A DNA stretch of 64,000 nt from an uncultured Desulfospira sp. (GTDB taxonomy: Bacteria; Desulfobacterota; Desulfobacteria; Desulfobacterales; Desulfobacteraceae): positions 3,200,001 to 3,264,000 of the forward strand of contig OY760175.1 in assembly GCA_963663165.1 (NCBI GenBank), written 5' to 3'. Shown in pieces: positions 52,651 to 61,652 of this stretch. The translations under genes were made by a program, and so were the position numbers. Each line of letters begins with the position of its first letter. Within the stretch, counting starts at the first letter, position 1. Under the pieces are notes generated by a model. It had not been told where the DNA came from, did not search any database, and saw only the letters and a program-made list of their open reading frames with translations.

Positions 52651-54804
52651 ATGAACGTTATAAGAAAGTGGCCGGAACCATGTGATCAAACCACCGCCCC
52701 CCGGGGCAACACCACCTTGTACGAATATGACGGCAGCAACAACCTTGTCATGTCAACCGACGCCCTGGGCTATGAGACCACCAATGTTTATGACGTGGAT
52801 TTTCACTTAACGGATGTAACCGATCCCCTGGGCAATCTGGTCCACTATAAGTTTGATGAAGAACACCACCTGGTCAACACCGCAGTATACCCGGAGTCCG
52901 GCCAGAGCATCGAAACATCTGCCACGTTTTACGCCAACGGCCTGCCCCATATTTCAACCGACGGCAGGGGCATTGCCACCACCCTGACCTATGACGCTTA
53001 CGGCAACCCTGCCGCCAGCCAGACCGCATCCGCCCCGGCCGTCACCTACACTTATGACGGAACCGGGCTGATGACGTCCCTGACGGACCAGAAAAGCCAG
53101 ACCACGGCATTTGCCTATGACAACCGGGGCCTATTAGAGACCCGGACCGATCCCCTGAGCAAATCCATGGTCCTGGCCTATACCGGTGACGGAAAAATCA
53201 GCACCATCACGGACAGGAACAACGATACGGTGACTTATGCCTATACGGATTCAGGCAAGATCGGCACGGTCTCCTTCCCGGCCGGGACTCCCATCACATA
53301 CACCTATGATAACCGGGACAACCTGGTTGCCATGGCGGACAGCACAGGCACCACCGCCTTTGCCTATGATGCGGTCAACCGGCTGGTTGCCCGGACCGAC
53401 GCCAGAGGGTTCACCGCAGCATACACATACGATGAAGCCGGAAACCCGGCCACCCTGACCTACCCGGACGGCAACACCGTCACCTACACCTATGATGAGC
53501 TCAACCGCCTTGCAACGGTCACAGACTGGCTGGGCCGGACCGCAGTATATGATTATGACGCTGCCGGCCGGCTAACCACGCTCACCCAGTTCAACGGAAC
53601 CCGGGCCGATTACACCTATGACAACGCCAACCGGCTCACCGGCCTTTCCAACCTGGCCGAAACCGGCGGTGACGTCATTGCCTCCTATTCCTTTACCCTG
53701 GACGGCAACGGCAACCGGACCGGCGTCACCCAGGAGACTCCCTTAACGCGGAACCTGACCGCCGCCACCGTGGATTACACCGTGGGCAGCGCCAACCGCC
53801 TGGAAAGCGCCGGCACCGACAGCTTTGCCTATGACGATGAAGGGCAGCTCATCTCCGCTTACGGCAGCACCCTCACCTTTGACTATGAACACCGGCTGAC
53901 CGGCATTGCCGGTGAAACAACAAGCCAGTTCAAATACGACGGGGCCGGCAACCGCATAGAGGCCGACCGCAACGGCGTGATTACCCGGTATATCTACGAT
54001 GCTTCGGGCAACCTCCTGGCCGAGGCTGACTCCGAAAACCAGATTACCCGGTACTACATTTACGGGGCAGGCCTCCTGGCCATGGTGGACACTGCCAACA
54101 CCATGTACTGCTACCACTTTGACGCCACCGGCCACACCATTGCCATGACAGACAATGCCAAAGCCATTGTCAACGCCTATGCCTATACCCCCTTCGGCAT
54201 CCTCGCCAATCAAACCCAAACTATTGAACAGCCGTTCAAGTTCGTGGGCCAATACGGGGTCATGGCCGAATACAACGGCTGGTATTATATGCGGGCCAGA
54301 TATTATGACCCGGAAACCGGCCGGTTCATCTCGGAAGACCCCTTGGGATTTGACGGTGGGGATATCAACCTGTATGCGTACGCCTCAGGGAATCCACTGA
54401 CCTTCATTGACCCCAATGGGCTGTGTATTAAAGCTGCATGGGATACGACAACGAATACTATTTTACCGGGAGCAGGGAAAGCCTTTAGTGAGGCAGGAAA
54501 AACTTTATGGTCGGAAAAAGAAAAAATTGTAGCCGGTGTGGGCAAAGGACTGTATGAAGGAGAAAAAGCTATCCCTACAATATGGAATGATGGTGGTCCA
54601 CTTGCGAAAGGTGTCTTATCTTTTGCTGGATTAACAGTAATCTTACCAGCAAGCTATGTCATGCCTGCTTCAGTGGCCGAATTTGCAGGTGGATATTTAG
54701 AATATCATTCATTGCCAGCAGCTACAGGTCCTGGCATTGGAGGTTTTGTTACAGGTAATATTGTACCGTATATAGACTCTCGATTAGACCCCAAAACATG
54801 GTGA
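52651..54804 (+). CDS. Orphan Rhs module: duplicated core plus a different C-terminal toxin
   Basis: 52687-~54341 nearly identical to 49839-~51493; new tip after DPNG; no leader, so the start is probably not genuine. Confidence 0.88.
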   Translation: MNVIRKWPEPCDQTTAPRGNTTLYEYDGSNNLVMSTDALGYETTNVYDVDFHLTDVTDPLGNLVHYKFDEEHHLVNTAVYPESGQSIETSATFYANGLPHISTDGRGIATTLTYDAYGNPAASQTASAPAVTYTYDGTGLMTSLTDQKSQTTAFAYDNRGLLETRTDPLSKSMVLAYTGDGKISTITDRNNDTVTYAYTDSGKIGTVSFPAGTPITYTYDNRDNLVAMADSTGTTAFAYDAVNRLVARTDARGFTAAYTYDEAGNPATLTYPDGNTVTYTYDELNRLATVTDWLGRTAVYDYDAAGRLTTLTQFNGTRADYTYDNANRLTGLSNLAETGGDVIASYSFTLDGNGNRTGVTQETPLTRNLTAATVDYTVGSANRLESAGTDSFAYDDEGQLISAYGSTLTFDYEHRLTGIAGETTSQFKYDGAGNRIEADRNGVITRYIYDASGNLLAEADSENQITRYYIYGAGLLAMVDTANTMYCYHFDATGHTIAMTDNAKAIVNAYAYTPFGILANQTQTIEQPFKFVGQYGVMAEYNGWYYMRARYYDPETGRFISEDPLGFDGGDINLYAYASGNPLTFIDPNGLCIKAAWDTTTNTILPGAGKAFSEAGKTLWSEKEKIVAGVGKGLYEGEKAIPTIWNDGGPLAKGVLSFAGLTVILPASYVMPASVAEFAGGYLEYHSLPAATGPGIGGFVTGNIVPYIDSRLDPKTW

Positions 54805-54811
54805 AAAAATA

Positions 54812-55132
54812 ATGAACTTTTGGCGTGTATACATAGGGCTTGGTTTTATAATTTGGGGTATTTTTGTTAATAGAACTGGATACATTGCTAAATATGGATA
54901 CCAGGTTCCTCCAGAGGTTGGAATTTTTATTATTTTTTGTGGTTTAATATTTTTATTTATAGGTTTTTTACCAACAAAGAAGATTAAAAAACATAAAAAA
55001 TCTTTATTCTGTCCACACTGTAAAAAAAAATATCCTAAAATACATATTCAAATCCCAGTTTGTCCGATATGTAATGGCAAATTAATTGAGTATAGAAATT
55101 TGAAAGACAATGATGCCGGCAGGCAAAAGTAA
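54812..55132 (+). CDS. Putative immunity protein (2 TM + Zn ribbon)
   Basis: AT-rich, two hydrophobic segments, CPHC...CPIC. Confidence 0.65.
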   Translation: MNFWRVYIGLGFIIWGIFVNRTGYIAKYGYQVPPEVGIFIIFCGLIFLFIGFLPTKKIKKHKKSLFCPHCKKKYPKIHIQIPVCPICNGKLIEYRNLKDNDAGRQK

Positions 55133-55180
55133 TGGGAAAAAGTGGGACGCCCTTAACTTTTGATTCCTGTGAAGCAACTA

Positions 55181-55246
55181 GATAAATGGATAAATGGGGT
55201 CAGAGTAAAATTATTTTTATGACGTTCGATTTTACCCTGATCCCAA
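55181..55246. repeat. GGGGTCAGAG element, short/degenerate copy
   Basis: gataaatg-gataaatggggtcagagtaaaattatttt...gattttaccctgatccca. Confidence 0.8.
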
Positions 55247-55275
55247 ATCCGGTTTGACCGAGTGTTCCAGTTCAC

Positions 55276-55375
55276 CTACCCCCAAACCGTCACCGACGGC
55301 AGGGGTATTGTTACAACCTTTACCTATGACAATTACGGTAACCCGGACACCACCCAGACAGCCAATGCCCCGGCC
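55276..55375 (+). pseudogene. Diverged Rhs core fragment
   Basis: Encodes LPQTVTDGRGIVTTFTYDNYGNPDTTQTANAPA versus LPHISTDGRGIATTLTYDAYGNPAASQTASAPA in the orphan Rhs. Confidence 0.8.
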
Positions 55376-55392
55376 ATTGACAATGGACAATG

Positions 55393-55468
55393 AATGGGGT
55401 CAGAGTAAAATTATTTTAAAATTCCCAATTTTTGGGCTACGTTTAATTTTACTCTGACCCCAAAATTC
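55393..55468. repeat. GGGGTCAGAG palindromic element (near-complete)
   Basis: 18-bp IR, 30-bp spacer, AAAATTC end. Confidence 0.9.
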
Positions 55469-55500
55469 GACTCCGCGGGAAGAGGCGTTTCCTTTAACTA

Positions 55501-57377
55501 GTGCCTGACCGGAAATTGGAACCATCATATTTTCCAGGGGTATCTGGGCTGAAATTCGTTTGAAGTTTCTGTTGTGATATGAATTACTTGTTGCTTTTTA
55601 CTAATCACTATGTTAATCTAACCCTATAAAATTATATAGGATTTATGTTTTGTGAGACAAGCCAATAGTAATTCAAACTTCAACATTCCATCAGAACTTC
55701 GAGGTCGTTTTGCGTAAAATTTTTGAACTACAGATGACATTCGGGCAGACCCCTATCGATCAAATTAAAATTGATATGAGAGCCAGGGATGAAATCCCCA
55801 AACTTCTTTTGGGACTCCAACATATCTATTGCGACCAGAGTCTTCGACAAAAAGTTTTTGATATCCTCACGGACATGATCCCAGAAAGTACCGATTCTAA
55901 AAATGGACGTCCCGGTATGGACCTGTGGAAGATCCTTGTAATGGGCGTCATTCGGCTCAATTGCAATTGGGATTATGATAAACTCCAGGAAATGGTGAAC
56001 AACCACAAAACAATAAGGCAGATGCTGGGGCATGGCATGATGGACAATGATATCGCCTACCCCCTTCAGACCCTGAAAGATAATGTCAGGCTTATGACCC
56101 CAGATATTCTTGAAAAATCAACACTCTGGTTGTGCAAGAAGGCCATAAACTTCTGATGAAAAAAAACTTCGGACGATGGAGCCTTGATTGGGCGGTGTGA
56201 TTCATTCGTTGTAGAAACCAATGTTCATTATCCCACAGATATCAACCTGCTTTTTGATGCAGTCCGAAAAATGATTCAAATTGCCGCTTATTATCAGCCA
56301 GGACATTGGAACGAGTATGTGGCGGCAATCAGCGTATAATATTAAAGCATTTAAAAAGCTTTATCGAATAGTCCAGCGTTTGAAACATTCCACATCAAAG
56401 GATGAAAAGAAAAAGGCCAAAAGAGTCCAGCAAATTATGGATGCCCATACAGCATATATCAAGCTTGCTGAAAAATATATTCAAAAGGCGCGATTGACCG
56501 TGGAAATGATACCGGCATCCGATATTATATGTGCAGCCCGAGCTGAAGAATTACAAACATATATCAACTACGCACTTTGGCAAATTGATTTGATCAAACG
56601 CCGGGTGTTACAGGATGAAAAGATCCCCCATGAAGACAAGATTTTTTCGATTTTCGAACCCCACACGGAGTGGATTTCAAAAGGCAAGGCCGGTGTTCCC
56701 CAGGAATTGGGCTTGCGGGTATGTATCCTGGAGGACCAATATGGCTTTATCCTGCACCACCGGGTGATGGAGAAAGAAACCGATGATAAAGTCGCCGTTG
56801 CGATGGTAACATTGGCACAAAGCAAATTTTCTGATCTCAAAGGATGCAGTTTTGATAAAGGGTTTTACTCTCCAGGCAACAAAAAGGACCTGAAGGGCAG
56901 ATTGGATATTTTGGTGCTTCCGAAAAAAGGCAGATGCAACAAGGCGGAATATGAAGAAGAAACAGCGGAAGATTTCATTCGTTTTAAAAGAAAACATTCA
57001 GCGGTGGAATCTGCCATAAACGGACTGGAAAATCATGGTCTTGACAGATGCCCGGATCATGGCATTCAAGGGTTTAAGAGGTATGTGAGCCTGTCGGTTT
57101 TGGCAAGAAATCTCCAGATCATCGGGCATCACATACAACAAAAGGGATTAAAAAAGCTGCAAGGGTCTGAACAGCGCAAAGCAGCTTAAAACAGGCCATT
57201 GCTTAAAAAAAACACGGCAAACACTACAGTTGCGTCCGGAAAAGGAGAAAGTTGCCGAAAACCGGCAGAGATGGAAGCATTTCTCCCGGTTTGTGATGAC
57301 AGGAACAACAAAGATTTAAGGTTTTGTCAAACATCGACCCCCTGAAAATTTCAAAATCGGGGTTTCCGGTCAGGCAC
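55501..57377 (+). mobile_element. Insertion sequence (ISNCY/IS5-like DDE), 1877 bp
   Basis: 15-bp perfect IR gtgcctgaccggaaa / tttccggtcaggcac; 6-bp duplication TAACTA (55495-55500, 57378-57383) inside an Rhs fragment. Confidence 0.9.
55710..57189 (+). pseudogene. DDE transposase, frameshifted
   Basis: GRPGMDLWKIL, DSFVVETNVHYPTD, KIFSIFEPHT..I.KGK, FDKGFYS, HSAVESAIN spread over different frames. Confidence 0.85.
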
Positions 57378-57440
57378 TAACTATACCGGAGACAACCTGG
57401 CCACTTACACAGACCCGGAAAACAAGGTCTGGACCTATGG
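57378..57440 (+). pseudogene. Rhs core fragment (continues 55469-55500 across the IS)
   Basis: Matches rhs ~49468-49556 (DSAGR.VSFNYTGDNLATYTDPENK.W.YG). Confidence 0.85.
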
Positions 57441-57512
57441 CCATGGGGTCAGGCTTGACATTTTGACATTTAGGTAAAAGCAACACCGGGTCTTGATCGC
57501 TGATCAAGACCC

Positions 57513-57659
57513 GATAAATGATAAATGGGGTCAGAGTAAAATTATTTCGGATAAATGGGGTCAGAGTAAAATTATTTCGGATAAATGGGGTCAGAGTAAA
57601 ATTATTTTAAAATTCCCAATTTTTGGGCTACGTTTAATTTTACTCTGACCCCAAAATTC
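57513..57659. repeat. GGGGTCAGAG element with tandem 30-bp left-end copies
   Basis: gataaat + 2x gataaatggggtcagagtaaaattatttcg + full 80-bp unit at 57580-57659. Confidence 0.92.
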
Positions 57660-57660
57660 G

Positions 57661-57822
57661 GGATTAGTTGTTGGTCCCGGGGATAATATTTTTGGTTTTA
57701 ATGTTGGAATAGTTGTTGGAGCCAGCGTTGGCCTTCCTATAGAGACTTCAATCTCAAAGAATACGACTTGGGCTACAGGTGCCTCTAATACTACAAGCGG
57801 TTCTACTGCCTGCTTGAAGTGA
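57661..57822 (+). pseudogene. Probable truncated Rhs C-terminal toxin tip
   Basis: Open frame GLVVGPGDNIFGFNVGIVVGASVGLPIE...STACLK* with no start, followed by an immunity-like gene. Confidence 0.55.
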
Positions 57823-57868
57823 TATTGTATTTTTAAAAATTTAATGATCTAATTTTTAACGTGCCATT

Positions 57869-58183
57869 ATGGAAAACACTACCAACAAAGCGAAAAACGA
57901 ACTTCGTATTGCTTTTAAAAAACGTCGAATAGGCTTTCTGATAATATTGTCTTTTATTCCTATAGGATCACTAATTGTTGAGGTTGGCAAATCTTCTATT
58001 TGGGTAGGAATATTTATTTTTACATATCTACTTTTTATTGGTTATTTTCTTTCCAGAGTTTTATTGTACAGGTGTCCTCGTTGCAAAAATATCTTTCTTG
58101 GGCCTTCTTCAAGAATTAAATTTGTAACAAATAGATGCTATTATTGCGGTCTTAGTTTAGAAGAAGATAATCCGAAAAAATGA
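57869..58183 (+). CDS. Putative orphan immunity protein (2 TM + Zn ribbon)
   Basis: AT-rich, two TM segments, CPRC...CYYC. Confidence 0.6.
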   Translation: MENTTNKAKNELRIAFKKRRIGFLIILSFIPIGSLIVEVGKSSIWVGIFIFTYLLFIGYFLSRVLLYRCPRCKNIFLGPSSRIKFVTNRCYYCGLSLEEDNPKK

Positions 58184-58228
58184 ATACCACCAGTAAACTG
58201 GTGGTTTCATGAGGCCCCCCTAAAGGTG

Positions 58229-58322
58229 GATAAATGGGGTCGGATAAATGGGGTCAGAGTAAAATTATTTTAAAATTCCCAATTTTTGGGCTACGTTTAA
58301 TTTTACTCTGACCCCAAAACTC
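58229..58322. repeat. GGGGTCAGAG element with one partial left-end copy
   Basis: gataaatggggtc-g + 80-bp unit at 58243-58322 (end AAAACTC). Confidence 0.9.
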
Positions 58323-59072
58323 AGAAGAAGGTCGCCAAAGCCAAGGTAAAAAAAAATTCCTGAAACAGACATCATTTTTGAATATGTGCATAGGACAAAC
58401 CAACTAGCCGATGAAACAGATGGCGTTTTACGTATCTCAATGGACGCAAAAGCCACTATTAAAATAGGGCCTTATTCCCGAGGCGGATATAGTCGTTGCA
58501 ATCTTAAAGCGGCGGACCATGATTTTAAACCCGATTCCCTTTTGAAACTTTTCGGTATCAACATACCTGCTCTGGATGAAAATTATATGTACTTCACTGA
58601 AAGCAACATCACCTCTGATTTCATGATTGATGCGCTGGAATCACTCTGGCCTTCTTTGAACGCAAGATTCGCCCCACATACACTGGTGATCAATCTTGAT
58701 AATGGGCCGGAAAATAGTAGCCGAAGGAGCCAATTCATTAGTCGCCTCGTGGACTTTGCCAAATCAGCATTTGTAAATATTAGTTTGGTGTACTATCCCC
58801 CGTACCACAGTAAATACAACCCAATAGAGCGAGTTTGGGGTGTTTTGGAAAATCATTGGAAAGGCGAATTGCTGAACAAAATTGAAAAGGTTCTCGGTCT
58901 ATGTCGAACAATGACATGGAAAGGAGAAAATCCTGTCGTCAAATTAATCAAAGGTGTTTACCCGACAGGGGTACGTTTGGTCAAGTCCGCCGTGAATAAT
59001 ATAGAAAACAAAATTATTCGGATTCCAGGGATTGAAAAATGGGCTGTTGATATTCCATGCTATGAGGAATGA
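58323..59072 (+). pseudogene. ISAzo13-like transposase, 5'-truncated
   Basis: IPETDIIF, ISMDAKA, ADHDF, LDNGPENSSRRSQF, YYPPYHSKYNPIER. Confidence 0.85.
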
Positions 59073-59155
59073 ATTGTGGGTTTTAATTTTACCACATCCC
59101 TTATTGTCTTAACGCTGTCTTGTATCCTAACCGGTATTTTATAAGAGTAAAAGAA

Positions 59156-59370
59156 GATAAATGAGATAAATGGATAAATGGGGTCAGAGTAAAATTATTT
59201 TAGATAAATGGCGATAAATGGGGTCAGAGTAAAATTATTTTAGATAAATGGGGTCAGAGTAAAATTATTTTAAAATTCCCAATTTTTGGGCTACGTTTAA
59301 TTTTACTCTGACCCCAAAATTCTAAAATTCCAGACCCCAAAATTCCAATTTTACTCTGACCCCAAAATTC
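59156..59370. repeat. GGGGTCAGAG element with multiple partial copies of both ends
   Basis: Full unit at 59243-59322, five left-end partials and three right-end partials. Confidence 0.92.
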
Positions 59371-59868
59371 CGTGGTGCCGATGACCATGAAAAACATGCC
59401 ACAGGCCTTTTTTGATAAAAAACCATGTACTTGAGCTGCTCTCCAACTGGATGGCAATATCCCAGATAATGATGGTGCTCGATCAGGCTATTGAACAATG
59501 CCTCATTGGGGGTATTTTTAACCAGTTCAATATCAAGGGGTGTGAGCTCATTAAGACCGGCCGTCACCCGGGTTTGATCTATCTGTATTTTTGCCGATTT
59601 TTTACGGTTCAAAAATGGATTATTGGGAGTCTGTTTTCTGGCTGGAAGGGGTGATATGCCCCTGCCTGTGAAGTGCCAGCATGTATCCTCTGGCAATCAT
59701 GTCACGAAGATTACCGTTGAGCTGAACCCAGTTCCATTCCTCGCACAGCATTTTTGACAATGCCAAACGGCTGTCTTGGGGGTTATCCTTTATTAACCGG
59801 TTTATGAAGGCAATATCATCCCGGGTTGCCGTCCTGCCTCTATATGTAAGTACGATGTCATCTGTCAT
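59371..59868 (-). pseudogene. DUF4338 (IS-associated) protein, frameshifted and truncated
   Basis: SRLALSKMLCEEWNW.Q.NG, HHYLGY...GEQLKY. Confidence 0.75.
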
Positions 59869-59913
59869 GGCAACGTCTTATAATAGATTTTGGGTTCGAA
59901 CGTACGAAAAAAA

Positions 59914-60267
59914 TTATGCAGACAGCTTTTTCCATGCCGGGGCTGCCCTGGTATTAAACGGATCACCGTTCCATAGCAGCATTTGAAGTTCATGCGCATC
60001 AAGGGTTTTGCATCCGGTTGCGTTTACCGGCCACCATTTAAAACGGCCTTGGGATAACCGCTTCTGGCATAACCAGAAACCTTGAGAGTCATAGCATAAT
60101 ACCTTTATGGCTGTTCGTCTCCGGTTGATAAATACAAACAGGTATCCGGAAAAAGGATCGGAATGGAGTATCTTCCGGCATAACCCGGCCAGGCCGTCAA
60201 TGCCTTTCCTGAAATCTACCGGATCAACAGCCAGTAAGATCTTCATATGAGGTGTGATCTGGATCAT
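59914..60267 (-). CDS. tnpB: IS66 family accessory protein TnpB
   Basis: PVDFRKGIDGL, LFVFINRRR, YDSQGFWLCQKRL..GRF.WWP. Confidence 0.9.
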   Translation of the reverse strand: MIQITPHMKILLAVDPVDFRKGIDGLAGLCRKILHSDPFSGYLFVFINRRRTAIKVLCYDSQGFWLCQKRLSQGRFKWWPVNATGCKTLDAHELQMLLWNGDPFNTRAAPAWKKLSA

Positions 60268-60677
60268 GGCAGTCCCTCAAGAAAATATCTGCCAAGATCA
60301 ATGGCCGCGGGATCTGCCCGCCCCCGGAAGCACATGCGCAGCTTTACTCCGGATGGTTTTTCCATCTCTATGATGCAATCCGTGGCGGCAAATGGCGGTT
60401 CCAGTTCAACAAATGTGGCTGGCTCATCCTCAATGGGTTGTATGGCAACCGGCGGGCTTGCTGTGATGTGTAATTTCAGGTCTGTATAATTGAGCCTTAA
60501 AGTCCGGGCAATCTTGTTTATACTCAGGTTATAAGAATAAAAAAGATTTACAGCCGCAGACCATAATGAATCCGGAATACATCCGATTTTTGTCCGCGTT
60601 TCTCTCCAGGCTGCAAACTGTTGTGCCACTTTTTCAAGTGCTGAATACTGTTTGCCTGTCAGCTTTGTTTTATTCAT
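60264..60677 (-). CDS. IS66-type TnpA-like HTH protein
   Basis: F.AWR...IPDSLW.AAV.L, FVEL motif; overlaps the tnpB start. Confidence 0.75.
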   Translation of the reverse strand: MNKTKLTGKQYSALEKVAQQFAAWRETRTKIGCIPDSLWSAAVNLFYSYNLSINKIARTLRLNYTDLKLHITASPPVAIQPIEDEPATFVELEPPFAATDCIIEMEKPSGVKLRMCFRGRADPAAIDLGRYFLEGLP

Positions 60678-60815
60678 GGGTCCCTCCTTAAAATGTTGAT
60701 GGGACCGTTATATCAGCTGCGAAAACTTAATTCATACAGGCTTACCGAAGGGACACAATGGAACTAGAGTGATACAGGTGCATAAGCACACTCTTTCAAT
60801 GAAAATATGTTCCAT

Positions 60816-61652
60816 TCAAGGAAACGTAACCTGGGTCCCGGCATTGTTAAGGAAAAAACGGTCCCCAAAGGATTGCGCCAGAAATGATGTGGCCCGGAAC
60901 CCGGTACAATGGGACACGCCTATTTTTTTCAGGCCGATATTTTTGAGCTCGGCCGCGGTGTGTTTGAGCCTTTCGTCTGTGGCCGGGGCCAGATGAGTTC
61001 CGCCCACCACCCCGTATACACGAGATTCACCGGTTAACTTCTGGGCATGGCGTATGGTATTGATAATGCCGCGGTGGGCACACCCTGAAACAATGACCAG
61101 CCCCTGGGCGGTTCTTACAATCAGCGACAGATCATCTGGCACGGTGTCAGGAATCATAGTCCCCTGGTCTTTGACCTGAAGGTTCGGCTCAATCTGTTCA
61201 TAGGGGATATTCATTGTGACCACGCCGGTGGTCATGATTTCTTCTGAAAATTTCACCGGTGCTTCGCTATAGGTAAAAGAGGCCCCATAACCGATGAGCT
61301 CTTGGCGGGTAAAAGGGATACCAATATAGGTGATCTTATTCTCATTGGGGAACCGGGTGTACTTGAGGTCCCAAATGGCCGGATGGGCAACAACCTCTTT
61401 TTCCCTGGTTCTTTTAAGCACTTCTCTAAGGCCGCCGGTATGATCCCCATGCCCATGGCTTAAAACGATTTTATCAATCGTTGAAAGGTCAATACCCAGT
61501 TTATCGGCGTTCCTTACTGCCGCATCTTCGGCACCCGTATCGAACAATATTTTATGGTGTTCGGTTTCCACCAGAATGCTCAATCCCCATTCGGCCATGA
61601 AGCCTGGCTTGGCAGCGGTATTTTCGCTAAGCGTGGTCAATCTGAGTGCCAT
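60816..61652 (-). CDS. MBL-fold metallo-hydrolase (MJ0301-like)
   Basis: EWGLSIL, LFDTG, LSHGHGDHTGGL, SGCAHRG, GGTHL, SHCTG. Confidence 0.85.
   Translation of the reverse strand: MALRLTTLSENTAAKPGFMAEWGLSILVETEHHKILFDTGAEDAAVRNADKLGIDLSTIDKIVLSHGHGDHTGGLREVLKRTREKEVVAHPAIWDLKYTRFPNENKITYIGIPFTRQELIGYGASFTYSEAPVKFSEEIMTTGVVTMNIPYEQIEPNLQVKDQGTMIPDTVPDDLSLIVRTAQGLVIVSGCAHRGIINTIRHAQKLTGESRVYGVVGGTHLAPATDERLKHTAAELKNIGLKKIGVSHCTGFRATSFLAQSFGDRFFLNNAGTQVTFP

Larger units (their letters stand above)
59371..60745 (-). mobile_element. IS66-like element remnant (TnpA, TnpB, DUF4338; no TnpC)
   Basis: GTAAGC-type IS66 end at 60745 on the minus strand; gene order; cut at 59371. Confidence 0.75.

Noticed and set aside
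49839..54341. Duplicated region as a DGR template/variable repeat pair
   Set aside because: Too long, differences are not adenine-specific, and there is no reverse transcriptase in the window.
55393..59322. 80-bp palindromes as integron attC sites
   Set aside because: No RYYYAAC/GTTRRRY ends, the arms are perfect without extrahelical bases, adjacent genes are truncated, and no integrase is present.
57513..59370. 30-bp repeats as a CRISPR array
   Set aside because: Units are directly tandem with no unique spacers, lengths vary, and no cas genes are present.
59254..59457. Small ORFs with WGQSKI / GVRVKL repeats (also 55254-55457, 58265-58456)
   Set aside because: They are translations of the non-coding palindromic element.
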